DNA from: Patiria miniata
Lineage: Eukaryota
Assembly (NCBI RefSeq): GCF_015706575.1
Contig: NW_024037061.1
Location: 979,897 to 1,043,896, forward strand
Reading direction: 5' to 3'
DNA: 64,000 nucleotides
Shown in pieces: positions 46,386 to 59,716 of the stretch (positions are counted from its first letter, which is position 1; each line of letters starts with the position of its first letter). Position numbers and translations under genes: made by a program. The notes beneath the pieces were generated by a model that was not told where the DNA came from, did not search any database, and was given only the letters and a program-made list of their open reading frames with translations.

Positions 46386-46864
46386 TTTTCATTGTTTTCG
46401 TTTCACGGTTCAACTTTTCTCGGCATTCTTTTGTAGCATGTTAATGAATATGGGAAAAATGCACTTTCTTTATATACTGTATATATATTTTTTCTTTCTT
46501 TTATATACTGAAATATGCGGAGGAGAAGTTTGTGTGTCGAATGCCGGTTGGCAGAAAATGTAACAGACTTAACCGATAACTTGCCTGTTTACAAACCACG
46601 AAAATGAATGTGTAAATTTAACAAAATGTAATAAAACTAGAAAAAGTGTATAATTTCAATACTTTATACAACATTACTAATTTAGTATTATAACCATTAT
46701 AAATCATTATAGCAGTTTACCAGTTTATTTAAAGAAATATTTCTTAATGTTTACAATGTTAAAAAAAAAAATTAGTCAAACCTAAAACGGTGTTCTCAAA
46801 CTTCCGAAATGTGTGTGGCACCCACTAATTAAAATGGCGGCGCCCGTGTTAATTGCCATTCAGT

Positions 46865-47215
46865 TCAAGTAGTGCAAGGGCGGATCGGGGGGGGGGGGGG
46901 TAACGGGGGCCATCCCCCCCCCCCCCCCAAAAAAAAAACCCTCATGTTTTTTAAAGTGACCTGGCGATAATTAAGGCTGGCACTGTATACACCACCATTT
47001 TTTCCTCCAAAAAAAATGGTTGAAGTGGTCAGAAATGCCTCAGATGGCACCACAGAGCATCTAGAATCAAACAAATTCGGGGCCCTAAACATGCAGGTCC
47101 TCGCGAAACCCTCCCCGTAAATTTATTGGCCCACTTTTTGGGGGACCAACTTTTTTGCCCCCCCCCCAAAAAAAATTGTGTTCTGGATCCGCCCTTGAAG
47201 TAGTGAGGTGCAAAT
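46865..47215. mobile_element. Element of about 350 bp with 12-bp TIRs (GATCCGCCCTTG) and internal G(n)/C(n)/A(n) homopolymer blocks
   Basis: gttcaagtagtgcaagggcggatc ... gatccgcccttgaagtagtg. Related left-end copy at 50640-50790. Confidence 0.5.
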
Positions 47216-47862
47216 TTGACTTGTTTGTGGTCTGTTTAAACACCCTGGAACAACCTAGTCTGAAGTTAGTCAGTGAATTCAAGGTTCCAAGTAAATATTG
47301 ATTGGCAAAGAACGATAGATAAGTTGTCCAACAGAGAGATTGCTGCAGTGGCATGTTTAATCTCCTTCATCCACATTGATGCAAATTGGACCACATTGAC
47401 ACATCATCCCTTTCAACAACTGTCAATATCTCTGGATGTAGGTGTCCAACTGAGATGGGGAAAACAGCATTGTGTTGAGAAATAATCATTCGTTAAGCGT
47501 ATATAAGTTGTTATTATTAAACAAACAAAATAGGAGCTATAGTCTTTGTTTATATTTTTGTCTCTTAATGCATCATTTTTTGGATAGACACTGTCATGAA
47601 AGACAGTAGATATGGAACACTTACTTTTTTGTATCAACTATTTACGCAGAAAAAATAAAATCAGTCATGAAAATCAAATCTTTCTTCATTTGTTTGAATG
47701 AAGCAGTCTGTATTGAAAGTGTTGCAACAAAAAAATTGAAAGAACCCGAGTTCTCAAATTTGAAAGCGAACCGCAGGAACCACTCGATAGTCTAAAAACG
47801 ATCGCTTGGAAATGAACTTCAATGCCAATTTCACAAGTTCGGCCAGGAAATTCGACATTAGG

Positions 47863-49250
47863 CCAAAAGAAAAAAAATAGTAGGTCTCTGGCCAGAGCTC
47901 CATGGCCAGACCAAAGTTCCGGAATTGATGCGGCGACGCGTTTTTTTTTTTTCGTGCTTTTTTTGCTTTTTTTGTCTAAGCATGGATTGTACGGACAAGG
48001 TTTATTGTGTCCTCATATACATTGGTGTCCTCCATAATTTGCCTTGGTACCTCCTAGCCTTGGTCAATGCTCTCGTCGTTATTCGTCCCGTACGCGGTCA
48101 ATCGTCGGCACTGATATCCTCACGCGCTATGCACATGCATGTAAAAAAAACAGCGCGAACAGCGACCTCATGCGGCCACGATTTTTTTATGCAAATCAGT
48201 TGGGGACGATCGAGAGCCTTGGTCAATCGTCGGCAACAGCTTATGTTTTCTTTATTTTGCGATGGATTTCTAGCGCACGACCTCGTATGCGAATACAGAT
48301 AAGTGTCGGCGGGGCTAATATGTGGAGTGTCCAATCACACCTTGGTAAATCCGGACGTCATCAAATTATTTGCAGCTATTCGCCTTTTGCGGACGTGACA
48401 GGAACCACAGTTTTTGTGCATTGGTGCCGTGTGCAGAGACACACAACGTGTACGTGTATGGATTATGTACGGTGCTACGTTTCACTATGCAAGTTTCCAC
48501 GCAACGATCGACCAATAAGAAAACGACATTTAAGGTCAGCTAAGGCTATTAACATAATGAGCACCACCCCCAAAACCTCACATGGACGATTGAACCAAGG
48601 CTCTCGATCGTCCCCAACTGATTTGCATATATAAAAATAGTGGCCGCGTGAGGTCGCTGTTCGCGCTGTATTTTTACATGCATGTGCATAGCGCGTGAGG
48701 ATATACATGTATGCCGACGATTGACCGCGTAATAACGACGAGAGCATTGACCAAGGCTATAGGTGCCTCCATGATCATTTGCTTTGGTGCGGTTTCCCCA
48801 TTCCTTGGTAGAAAGCCTACATTGTATTTAGCCCATGCCCTTAGGTACTTGTCTGTGTTTGTTCACATCTGTTAGTTAAACTTAGTTAAACGTGTTTGCT
48901 TTATATAGGGACCATTGCTTACAAGCTTTGCTTCTTAATGGATCCCTCTGCAGTATCACTTGTTCGTTAATTGCATCTTTATATATCCATTTATTTATTT
49001 ATTTATTTATATATTACTTTCTATGGTTAACCTTTGTTGGATTAATACTGTGGAAATAAATAAACCTGAAACCTGAACCTGAAATTAGAAACGTTGCGGC
49101 ATTAGAGGGCGCTGTTGTAGCTACCGCGGACAATTTGAAGGAAAAAAAGGTTGACGGGCATGATTAAAATCGACGCGCGCGCTGACCAGAGACCGACTGT
49201 TTTTTTTTTTTTTTTTTTTTGTTGGCCTTATCGATTTTTTTTCAATATCG
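47863..49250. mobile_element. Composite element bounded by the two terminal types of the GGCC..GGTCTCTGG MITE family (ends at 47863-47945 and 49130-49250), enclosing the long-TIR element 48044-48760
   Basis: The left end matches the reverse complement of the right terminus of 62118-62500 and the right end matches the reverse complement of its left terminus. TTA follows the right end. Confidence 0.4.
48044..48760. mobile_element. Foldback element of about 700 bp with roughly 165-bp terminal inverted repeats (ccttggtcaatgctctcgtcgttattcgtc...)
   Basis: Long, near-perfect TIRs at 48058-48220 and 48585-48755. The ORF-track ORFs here are artefacts of the palindrome. Confidence 0.7.
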
Positions 49251-50639
49251 AATTATACGGCCTATACTGCAGCTTCCCCCTTTTAATGGCACTTTAGCCT
49301 GTTGCAATTCGCCTAAATATTCGAGAAATGTGGCCTGGGCAAACACAACTGGTTGAAAATTAGCAGTGAATTTCCAAGTTTTGAAAATCTAAGTTAATCG
49401 GAGATGTTCTAACCTGATTTGGCAGCATGAGCTTCGTTGCTCGCATGTTGCTGGTATTTACCTCATCAGTGGGTCTCATATTTAATGATGGTGGTCCAAC
49501 AGTTGCTGTAATGTGCAGGATATTCCTTATGAAAATCTTGGAGAAGTTTATTAACTAAAGAGTAAGTAAAATTGGCCTGATTTTGTTTTGCATATTTTTC
49601 TGGACTCGAGGTCCCAGTCTGGGGTAAGATAAGTGACACTGGGGAAAATACACTCTGTGAATTAAGCACGATCTTTAATTTAGCTACTCGATTCAGCTAA
49701 AAAAAAAAAGATGAAATTCTCAATTCAGGCACGATTTGGTGTTAATAAACAAAGATGAGATTTTACCTTTTTTGTGCTTAGGATGTTACATCAGATCCCG
49801 GTAACGGTATTCCAAATGTCTGTGTTGTATGTTGAGCTGATCGACAGGATAATATCAATTCATATACCAAAGCCTCGGAGACTTGTATTCCATAAGCAGC
49901 TTAGTGAGAAGGTCTGCAGGCAGATTTTCCATCGGAGCATTATAGCTACGACGTTTACACTATCATATTCCACTGCAGTTTCTTCTCCGATTTAAAACAT
50001 CTCATCGTTTGACCAATGCAAGTTCACGCCAATTGGCGGTGATATCCCTACACGAAACACATTCATCATACACACAATTCTCCGCAAGGCATTTTTTTTT
50101 TGTCAAGGGCCAACTAAGGAATTCCCAGTATTTTCATCTTGACTAAACTTAAACAACTGAACTAAGAACCCGCGTTTTTCCCCATTTGCTCAGCATTGCT
50201 TCATAGCATGATTACGTAAAATCGCCTCTCTTTAAAACTAACAATTATGCCACGAGGAATGCGTGCCTTTTCACCATCAGTCGTGGCAGAAAGGAAGGAA
50301 CTGATTGAAAGGCTAGGAATGTATCTTTCGGTTTTGACCAATATGTGGAACGCTTGGAATTTACACAGATTTTATTTAAATCGACATGCTGACATCATCA
50401 TAGTGATCGGACAATCTCTCTCGTTGTAGTGGGGAAGATAGGGGAAATATTCGGGGGAATTGTGCCTTTGATGATATGGCATTTGGCACGCAGTCAGAGA
50501 ATGTCTTACGAAAATATTTGGCTATAGGGCCATCGAAGATTTGTTCTTTGAAAAAAATATAAGTAGAATATCAATCAATTTCAAAATTTCAAAATGGCTG
50601 CCATTCTACCTATATTTTTTTCAAAGTACAAATCTGCGA

Positions 50640-50790
50640 TAGCCCTATGGCCAAATATCTTTGTCATGCAAGGGCTGATCGGGGGGGGGGGCAACATGCC
50701 CCCCAACCTCCCCCCCCCCCCCCAGAAAACCCGGACCAAATTCGTGTTTAAAGTGACGTCGCAATAAAGGGCAGGCACTGCCGCTAAATA
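50640..50790. repeat. Second copy of the G/C-homopolymer element left end (gcaagggctgatcgggggggggg..cccccc..aaa), adjacent to a 150-bp hairpin at 50500-50650
   Basis: Homologous to 46865-46990. The hairpin is atatttggctatagggccatcgaagatttg.../...caaatctgcgatagccctatggccaaatat. Confidence 0.5.
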
Positions 50791-50929
50791 AATAGCTCAC
50801 TGCTCGCGACTATGTCGTATGTTGTCACTCAGTCTGCTTACTCGGCACTGATAAACTCAACACATCGGTTTTGCCTATTATACCTTGGTTGCCGATATTA
50901 TAAGGACATGTACTAGGCTAAAAAAATCG

Positions 50930-51330
50930 TGGGAAAATATCGTTGAAAAAGTAGAAAACGAACGTCCACACTAACATATATATACCGGTTTCGTTTATCT
51001 ACCATAAGAAAGAATTTCGGGGTATAAAGTAATATTGGTCCTCAAAAATCGAGCCGTTGTGGAGCGCTAGCCGTCATTCCAGTCAAATCAGCAACAGGCA
51101 AAACTCAATATTTATAAAAGTGTGGGACCTGAACAGTGAATTGAATATTTTTATGCGGCGCCAGTCTTTTGTTGACGTCTTGCTCAAAATTCGACGCATA
51201 AAATACGTGCATCCACAATGTCCAAACCCCTGCAATGCCAGTTGTAAAGAAACAGGGTTCCAAAACCTTCCTATAACTGAAAAGCACGCGGACATTTTAT
51301 GGTTTTCCAGTGTCTAAGAATTTCAGGTAT
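50930..51330. repeat. Interspersed repeat; second copy at 53775-54330 (..atatcgttgaaaaagtagaaaa.gaacg.c.aca..aatcgagccgttg.gag..agc.gtcattcca.tca...gtgtgggacc...gcggcgccagtcttttgttgac)
   Basis: Shared blocks at both loci. The motif gcggcgccagtcttttg also occurs at 10780. Confidence 0.55.
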
Positions 51331-52113
51331 TTAATAAGTAAACAATGTAAAACGTGATTGATTAAACAAAGTCTGGCCGAATGTCCACCTTAAACGTTCC
51401 TCTTGACGCATGTAGTAGACTGATACGAGTCCGTTTTTTTTAACGTCAATCGTTGTTCAATCACCGGCTGCATGAGCGGAGTTCATATCCAATTCCAGAC
51501 TTGAACAAAGACTGCCATATCTTGACTTTCCATTCTGTCAGTGATATATCGATCGGTGCCCGCCTATCAATGCCGTGATTATAGCCCTATATCGGTGAAG
51601 AGCAAAAGTCGTTTATTATGTACAGCCCCTCAGCGCAAATTCCATTATTTTGACAATTCATCGACGTTTTCCCAGCGAATGTAATTATCTTTGATTTCAA
51701 CCACCGAGCCACAGTTTCATGCCAGTGCAAATAATTAATGTAAGGAGACTATAGAGAGCCTGTTCCACAATTCCATCTTAGCTCATCACACCGATGCAGG
51801 TTACTGAAGCGATCAAACCTTTAAGCATTATGCCTATACCAATTTATCTTCTGTAGAAACAAAGCTAACGACTGAACAGAATGATGAGGCAAGATAGCTG
51901 AATGAAAACACATAAAGACATACCTCAATGTTCCAAAGAAAATTCAAATCAACAGCAGCAGAAAACACGAATAGGCCAATACTTCGAACTCTGCAGAAAT
52001 CACTTAATGTAGGCTATATGTAATTGTGCGACTCAATGTTTGACATGCAGTGACTACTTTATATTTAGCTCGAAAGGAGATTTAAAGTGTTTTTCGCCTG
52101 TAATGTTACATTT

Positions 52114-52878
52114 TTAGGCAGAGTAGTAAACACATCGAGTGCTGACCTCCTGAAACTTCTCCGGATCATCAGCGCGATTTGCATCATTGAGCTGACACAG
52201 TTTCTGTTCTTGTTTGGTGCCCTTGATGTTGAAGGAGCGACATCCCGGTTCCTTCAGGCAGGCCGAGGCGCATCTCGAGGCGCTCTTGGTGACGAATTCT
52301 CTGATGACATGATCGACGAGGCACGAGTTTAGTTGCTGCTGCTGGGCGTTGCCTTGAGAGAAGCCCTGGTGCTGAATGTGTGCTGGTGATCGCAGGACGC
52401 ACATAGCTTTGGGTGGTTCTGTGCACGGGACGTCATTCCATCCTTGGGTTGTTGAACCAAAATAGGCGCAGTAATCACTAGAAGGGCTGGAACCATCCCT
52501 GATGCTGGGTTCTCCGGGCCTCCAGTTTGAGTACGCCTGCCCGACCTCCTGGCCCTCGCACCTCCATGCTCTATCGATGAATTTGCAACCAACCCACAAC
52601 CAACTTGGTCCTGCGTTCTTTGTCGTGGTTGCCATGAATGTATTCTCCTGTTCTGAGTGAGGAGCGGCCATCACCGCACCCATATCACGGCAACTAGCCT
52701 GGCCTTCGTCCCAGCTCGCCCCCTGGCCGGTGAGACGGTAGCAAGATGAGCCCCAAGGAATCCATAACGGCGGGCAGTATACGACAGCCGAAGATGGGGT
52801 GCAGAAATCGAAACAAAGCATCACAGCAAATGCGAAACTGACGCCTAAAACTGCGGCTTGACCTCCGTCACAGTACAT
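52114..52878 (-). CDS. Intronless secreted C-type lectin domain protein with a C-terminal PAN/apple-like domain (254 aa)
   Basis: N-terminal hydrophobic signal peptide. The CTLD core is CPPLWIPWGSSCYRL..ASW..ASC..MGAVMAAPHSEQENTF..WLWVGC...W.C...YSNWRPGEP....CAYF....WNDVPC...KAMCV. The PAN-like part is C..ASAC...C.SFN......C.L. Confidence 0.7.
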   Translation of the reverse strand: MYCDGGQAAVLGVSFAFAVMLCFDFCTPSSAVVYCPPLWIPWGSSCYRLTGQGASWDEGQASCRDMGAVMAAPHSEQENTFMATTTKNAGPSWLWVGCKFIDRAWRCEGQEVGQAYSNWRPGEPSIRDGSSPSSDYCAYFGSTTQGWNDVPCTEPPKAMCVLRSPAHIQHQGFSQGNAQQQQLNSCLVDHVIREFVTKSASRCASACLKEPGCRSFNIKGTKQEQKLCQLNDANRADDPEKFQEVSTRCVYYSA

Positions 52879-55800
52879 CTCGGAATGAAAGATGTTGGTC
52901 GTCCGAAAGAAGTCACAAAATGATTTGAATTAATATCAACGTTTGACAAAGTCGTTGTAGGCGAAATCCAGTGCAATATACGATGTTCAATATGGGCTGT
53001 GTAGTTCTGCCGCTCAATGTCTCCTTTCTCGTGACTCCAACGTCACAGGTATCGTCACTCTATATTAGTGCGCTTACCCAGCACTGAATTCAACTCATCG
53101 GGTCTGCCTATACAGCCAATTTACTGCCGATGTAATTATGTATATATATAAGGACAGGTATTTGACGTCCTCGTCCTCGAAATTTAATAAGCCTTATTAA
53201 GCCGCCCGCAGGTCGACCTTGCGACGACACAGAGCAGTCGGCGACTGACTTTTCAGGATCAAGCTACGCCTGAGCTACAACCATCGGTATAAAAGTATCG
53301 GTCGGTCGCTGATTTTCGGTTTGCGACCTGATTGTAGCTGCGACGATATTAATCCGATCGGCATCATCCGGTGTCGTATGAAAATCCGCGACCAGTATTA
53401 TCATACTAATGCATGCGCAATACTACCAGCGAGTCCATATATTTCATGAAGTCGGATATTCACGCTCATCGCATTTCACTGTGTAGCCAATCAACATGCG
53501 GCAGAAATGGTCGAATGAACAGACGTGGCCGTGGATGGCCGTGGATGGCCGCTTGATTGTTATCAACACGCACAGCGACATTTTGAAGACGCCGCATGAA
53601 CACGTGTTGCGGAATCGTTCTCGCGTCGCGGGTGACATTAACATGGTTGTGTTTATTGGTTGTGAATCACACAATTTCTCAGTTTTTGTGACCCAAATCG
53701 CAGGTCGACCCGAGGTTACCGTTAACTTAAAGGGGCAGTTCGAGAGAAAGCGCCAATTAATTTAGGCTCCAAAAATTGCAAAGGGAAATATATCGTTGAA
53801 AAAGTAGAAAATGAACGACTACACCAACACAATACCTTCATCTGACTACCAGAAGATATCTCGGTGTACAGAGTAATCGAGCCGTTGGAGTTCTAGCAGT
53901 CATTCCAATCATACATGTTTCTTTTCAATGCTTTCTTCAAACGCGTATGGGTATGGCTATGTTCGATATGGCTCGCTATAATGGATACCGTACGAGTAGA
54001 CGCAGGCCTGCGTGCGGGACCATTTTATGAAGTGCAATTTACTTGGGGAGAAAAACATACGTCGGTGAAGGGTGAAACACAATATTCAGTCGACTCTCGT
54101 TAATACAAACACTAGTAATACAAATCCTGGTTATAGCAAACATAAAGCCTTGGTCCCACGGTGCATTTATGTGTACAGTGAATAGGACCGGCACTCCACT
54201 TAATACAAAATTCTGATACAACAAACGTTTTGGCTGGGTAAGTGTGGGACCCGACACATGGCATTGAATCTCCGCAGTAAATTGGAACATTTAATGCGGC
54301 GCCAGTCTTTTGTTGACTGTCTGGCTGCATAATCGATCTACTTCTACTTCTATGCTGCTACTCGTTTACAGCCTTTTCAGCAACTTAACGAGGACTGTGG
54401 TGTCCTGTCTCAAATGGTGGACACTTGTGCTCGAAATACGTACACACAAGGCCAAAACTGTACGCCAGATGGACAGAAAATGAGTAACTACTTAGTTTTC
54501 TCCATAATTGAAAGACCTTATTGCATTTTATGGCTTTCTTGTAACAATAACTTTGGTAAAGTAAACAACCTTAAAAAATCAATTTTGTTTTAGAAATTTG
54601 GTCGAACGTTACCCCTTTAACGTATCCTCGACCGACTAGAACTACTAACGTCGATCGATGTACAATCACTCGGTTCGTTGGACTTGCCGCTACGGGAAAG
54701 CAATAAACAGTTTCTGGTCACACTCTTGGTAACAATAGTTATTATACGGTCAATAATTCAAATCAAACCATGCACGATTGACCAATCATTAAAATACACG
54801 ACAGCACGTGGTGACCTGCGCCATCATGAGCGCCGACCGCCGGTTTTTATTGTGGGTTTCCCTTATTACAGACGAAATGTTTAGGGGAGCGTGAATACAT
54901 GTATATTGTGTATCAATATTCCAAGTGACGCAAAATTAAATTAAACGCTGCCTTTTACCGAGTCGCTGGTTATACGAAACAAGACTTGGCAAGTAAAGTA
55001 ATGTTCCCAGACTTTTCATGCATGCAGTCAATGGGTCAGAATTAGCATATTCATTGCCTCTACGAGTAATCATATACGATAGCACTGCCCAGCTCCCTTC
55101 AACAGGCTTTAACCATTCTAAGTCTCAAGTAACAGTCAGATAGGTATAGGAGACTTGGACGGCCTTATGGTACTATAGTGAATAAATGAAAATCTCATGG
55201 TTGTTTTATTCTAATCTTGCCATTCTCCTCATTTTTGTGGCCACTCCTTAGCTTATTGGTGGACAGTAAAATAAATGGAAACGGCGCCACCAAGAGCCCA
55301 ATCAACCCCAAGATTTGTTCGAATCGTTTCATGTAATGACGCATTCTTTGCGCCGACGCATAGTACTAGCACACGTGCAATGCTTTAATTTGCCGAATAA
55401 AGGATGCGTCTTTTCATTGTCACGACTTCAACCACGGACTTTCGGCCGAGTATCCACCGCCCCATCGATGTGTGCTGGTTTACTAAAAGGTGAAGGAAAA
55501 AAAAGTTCAGACGGAAACCCATAGGTCGGAAAATATCGCAGGCATGCTCTTCAATAATGCATGCGCATGATGAAAGATGTAGAATCTACTGTCTGTGTTC
55601 GATTTTTTTTCTTTCGATTTTGTTCCTCTTTCTAGCAATACAAAACTTATTCAATTTTCAATGCGACGTCGACCAAAATGATCCACCCATAAGTAGTGAA
55701 CATAGTTGAAATAATTCGCCCGTGTATAAGTCACTTCTCGCAGGGTTATCTGGTTTCCGTCCCCATCAGAATCGATAATGTAGGGACCGGGAACCAGTCT

Positions 55801-56204
55801 ACTCGCAAGACGAATCCATTTACGCCCTAAAGCGAACTGTCAAAATACAAAAATAGTAAGTATTTTCCATAGGCCTAACCAAAAAATCATACAAGCTGAA
55901 AATTCGTCGGGAAAAAGAATGATTATGGTCGAGAGCACGGGCAATAGTCTAGGCCATTACTCAGATGCAATCAATCTAATGAGCGAAGTAATGAGCTGTC
56001 ACCAGTGCCCTTGGATAGACGGTGGGGACCAGCAATAACCACCTCTTTCTTTGTTCCTCCACGTAGCACACGTAGGAATGGCGTGCAAATGCAACAGTTT
56101 ATCCCGCGCCAAGTGTTAACAGAGACATCTCTACTTCTAATATAGAGATACGTGTATCTCTACTTCTACTATATCTCCTTTTATTTGCTATTTTAATAGA
56201 CATC

Positions 56205-56920
56205 TGTATTAGAGTTTGAGATATCTCTGAGGGTTGAATGTTCCTCTGCTGTGGGATTGTGCTCTAAAATCAAGTCCGGTTTGCTTATTTTTTTTAAATT
56301 ACTTAGACATTTTTTGGTAAAATTTGTATTATTCATCAAATGGATTTTTGTTTTATGTTTCACAAGTTCTTTTTTCAAACTTAGCCAAATAACAGTGTGA
56401 GAACCCCTTTTAAGTTGGGTTGAACTACTGACCCTGAAAATCCTAGCCAATCACATGCCCCTCCGACAAGAACACATGTTTTTTTTGTAATAAAATCTGT
56501 ACAGAGTTTGTGATTTCTCTACTTGAGGACTTAATATTCCCTCCCTTCAGGATTGTGCTCTAAAATCAAATCTGGTTTGAATATTGGGTTTTTGCCCTTC
56601 ACTGACATATTTTACAAACTCTGTGTACTCAGTCTTGCCCCGAGTGATTGTGAGAAAATAATCATTCGGTGGGACTTGAACCCATGACCTCCTGCTTCAC
56701 TAAATAATGTCCATCTCAAAGATAAGCCTTGTTTAATTTTTTATTTCCTCCGACATGTTTGGGTAAAAATGTTATATTTCACAAGTTCTTCATTCAAACA
56801 TAGCCAAACAACAATGAGAGTGCCCCATTAAGTTGGGTTGAACTGCCGACCCTGAAAATCCTATCCAAAACACCAGCCCCTCTGACAAGAACCGCATTGA
56901 TTATGTGATAAAATCCTTTA
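56205..56920. repeat. Tandem repeat, two units of about 360 bp, each containing a reverse-oriented tRNA-like 3' end (tggtgggacttgaacccatgacctcctg)
   Basis: Units at 56205-56520 and 56520-56920 share ..gattgtgctctaaaatcaa.tc.ggtttg..cacaagttctt..caaac.tagccaaa.aaca.tg.gag..cc...taagttgggttgaact.c.gaccctgaaaatcctagcc. Confidence 0.7.
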
Positions 56921-57731
56921 TAGTCAGTCTAGCTGGCCTTGCAGAACTAGAGCTTTCGATTTATACTAATTGCCAAGACACTTGCATTTTAAAAATTATT
57001 CCCAAATGAAACTGTTGGAATATAACAACTTAAAAAACTTCAAAATCCTGACTCCCTCATAATATACATTATATTACCAATAGTGGCAATATAAGGGGAC
57101 CAAATATTTCTAATTTTTGTAAAATCTGAACTTTGAGAACAAAATACCCCTTGAGGATATGAGTTTGAATTGTATAAGAACACCATCAAATGAAAGTTTC
57201 ATGGAAGACACTGTGCCCAAATTAGGCCCCCAAAGTTGGTTGTGTTACCGTCATTCGACTGATCCCACAAATCTGGAAATCCCCGGTTTTTTTTTTTTTT
57301 TTCACTTGAAAAAAAAAAAAAAAAAAAATTACCTTAATTTGCTGTTACTTTGTAATGCCATAATTCTGAATTTAGTTACAAAATGTACCTAAGTGGTAGT
57401 ACAGTTTGAATTTAATGTAATTTGTACGCATAACTGAGGCCGAGGCTTGGAACACATGTGTACATGCACTATAAATTGTATCCCACGCATGTACATGTCC
57501 ACAGTATATTTGGCGCATGCAGTACATGTAGCTAATAAACGTTAAATGTTAAATGGAATTGAGAAGGGGGCCAATAGTAAACCATGTACATGTGTTTCAC
57601 CCCCCCCCCCCCCCTGAAAAAAACACCTGACTGACCAACCGACCCTCCTGATATTTTTCATGTGAGGGCCGTATAACAATTTGTGTTTAGCCTTAACAGT
57701 TTAGTTAGAAGCACCACTAAATGTAATAAAC

Positions 57732-57823
57732 ATCATCTCTTCTTCCAAGTGAATTTCTTCCGAGCTCCGGCTTGCCCTGGCTTCTTTCTCTCCTTGACGC
57801 GGGGGTCTCTCGTCAAAAGACCA
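57732..57823 (-). CDS. MRPS9: MRPS9 terminal exon ((A)[29 protein letters not shown]), stop at 57734-57732
   Basis: Near-identical to the human MRPS9 C-terminus [30 protein letters not shown]. Acceptor tttcttaag. Phase 1 in. Confidence 0.85.
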
Positions 57824-58139
57824 GCTTAAGAAAAAAACAAGGGTGAAAATGTGTGTCCTTGAGCAGTACACTTTATCCAAACTTACAAGTAATACTCCAA
57901 GCATAGCTACACTCTATCATCCTTTTGGTATTCTAATGTGTATAGCTTTAAAGAAGTTAAAGCATTACGTTAATAAGCATCTGTAGTACATTGCATTGCG
58001 CTGTATTTATTCCTGAAAAATCCACAAAACCCTTATTTGATTATTTGAAAGCATGAGGTGAATTTCCCTTTTGAAATCAAGGGCCCTTTTCATACCAGGC
58101 TTTCGATGTTTATCTTTGACTGAGCCCTATGTTTCTGGT

Positions 58140-58340
58140 GAATCCCTTAAAGGGAATGTACATCATTGGCTTTTGCTGTAATTTTCGGAAATGAACTATT
58201 TTGAGGGGTAAGTGTAATAGATCAAGTATTGTTTCACTGACTTGTTTGAGGTTTTGTGTTAAACAAATACTGGAAAAACCAAGAAAAACATTAATGTTCA
58301 AGTAGTCTGGTTCCCTGTTGTATATTCCCCTTAAGGCAAT
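58140..58340. mobile_element. Partial copy of TTAA-MITE family 2
   Basis: Begins cttaaagggaatgtacatcattggcttttgctgtaattttcggaaatgaa.., homologous to 16536 onward. Confidence 0.55.
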
Positions 58341-58841
58341 CAGTTACACCACAGGAGGCCAGTCCAACCGGCACTGCTTCATTCCTGCTGGGTCTACCTT
58401 TTTGAAACCCCATACATGTTACATGTACAGAGGTCTGACAAATTCATGATTTCCGTTGTTTGTGCATCAATTTCAGTGGTCAAAGAAAGAAAACATGGTT
58501 TAATTACCCGACAAAAACGAATTCGACATTACATTTAATATTTAATTTATGAAAAATCTAAGTGCGTTTAGACCACTAAAGAATGATTCAGGTATGCGAA
58601 ACAAGTCGTTAAGTCAAGCGATATGAATTGTTCCCTGCTGGTGGTAGGCATTCATCTGGTGCTGAACTGCCGAAAGGAGATAACAGCTTAAAAGAGATAA
58701 GAAAGCCTGGTTCAGTCTTGAAGAAAAACCCGAATATAAGACCACTAGTTGGGTTTTCTTTTCAAAGAGGATTCACGGCATAAAAGTGGCATAACCGGAC
58801 TGTGTAATAGCTAAATTCTCCCACCAATAATCTCAACTCAC

Positions 58842-59011
58842 CTTGCCTCATCTTCTCGACCGTTGATTCATCTACAAAGCTCCGCAGGGCGCGCGCTGTG
58901 GCGAGCCGCACCGCCCCCGACTGGCCCGACTTGCCCCCGCCCCTCACTGTGCAATCCAGATCAAACCGGTTCAACATGCCCAAGAAATGAAACGGGAACA
59001 TGACCTGTATT
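58842..59011 (-). CDS. MRPS9: MRPS9 exon ((R)[56 protein letters not shown])
   Basis: Matches human MRPS9 [44 protein letters not shown]..WMRQ. Acceptor tgtgtacag, chosen so that the spacing to the YF motif equals the human spacing. Donor GTGAGT. Phase 2 to 1. Confidence 0.8.
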
Positions 59012-59716
59012 CTGTACACAAATTAATAACACTTTGAAAATTACTAATTATTTGGAAAAATATTAACAAGATTTTGGTTAACAAAATTTTAATCCTTGAC
59101 AATTGAGCCGTTGGAGTACTAGTCTTGATTAAAACTCTAGTGCTGGTCTTGATGGCACATATTGAACACCATACTTTAGATTTATACCTAATTTATAGCG
59201 ATTTGTGATAAATGCTACATGACTATAACATTACTGCACCTGTTTTGCCTCCATTTACCAGTTTACAAACTTTTCATTAACATGTTTCCGAATTGTTACA
59301 AACAATGTTTGTTAAGTATTTAATTTATTTTGTTAAAATTTGGTAGTTATTTTTTATGGGGAAACTTAGGGGGCTTATTTTGGGTCATGTTTTGGGGGAC
59401 AGACATATACAAAAACATACGCATGCGCATCGATTGAAACAAAATCGGTGTTCCGAACACTGTCGGCAAGAGTGTATTTTATGACGACAGCATTTGGTCA
59501 ATTAGTATTAGTCAATTATTTTTGGTCAATTATTATTGGTCAATTTGCGGGGACAGACAGACAGACAGACACACAGACAGACCAACCAACTGACCGACCA
59601 CCAAGTGACTATAGGCAGGCCCTCTGGGACCAGCAAAATTCTATATTCATATAGGAATAAATTTAAAAAATAATTCCTTTCAGTACATTAAAAGAAAAAG
59701 AAACACCCTTGATATA

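Noticed and set aside
48044-48747. 196-aa plus-strand ORF and 90-aa minus-strand ORF
   Set aside because: They lie entirely within a foldback element with 165-bp TIRs. Open frames on both strands are a palindrome artefact, and there is no domain similarity.
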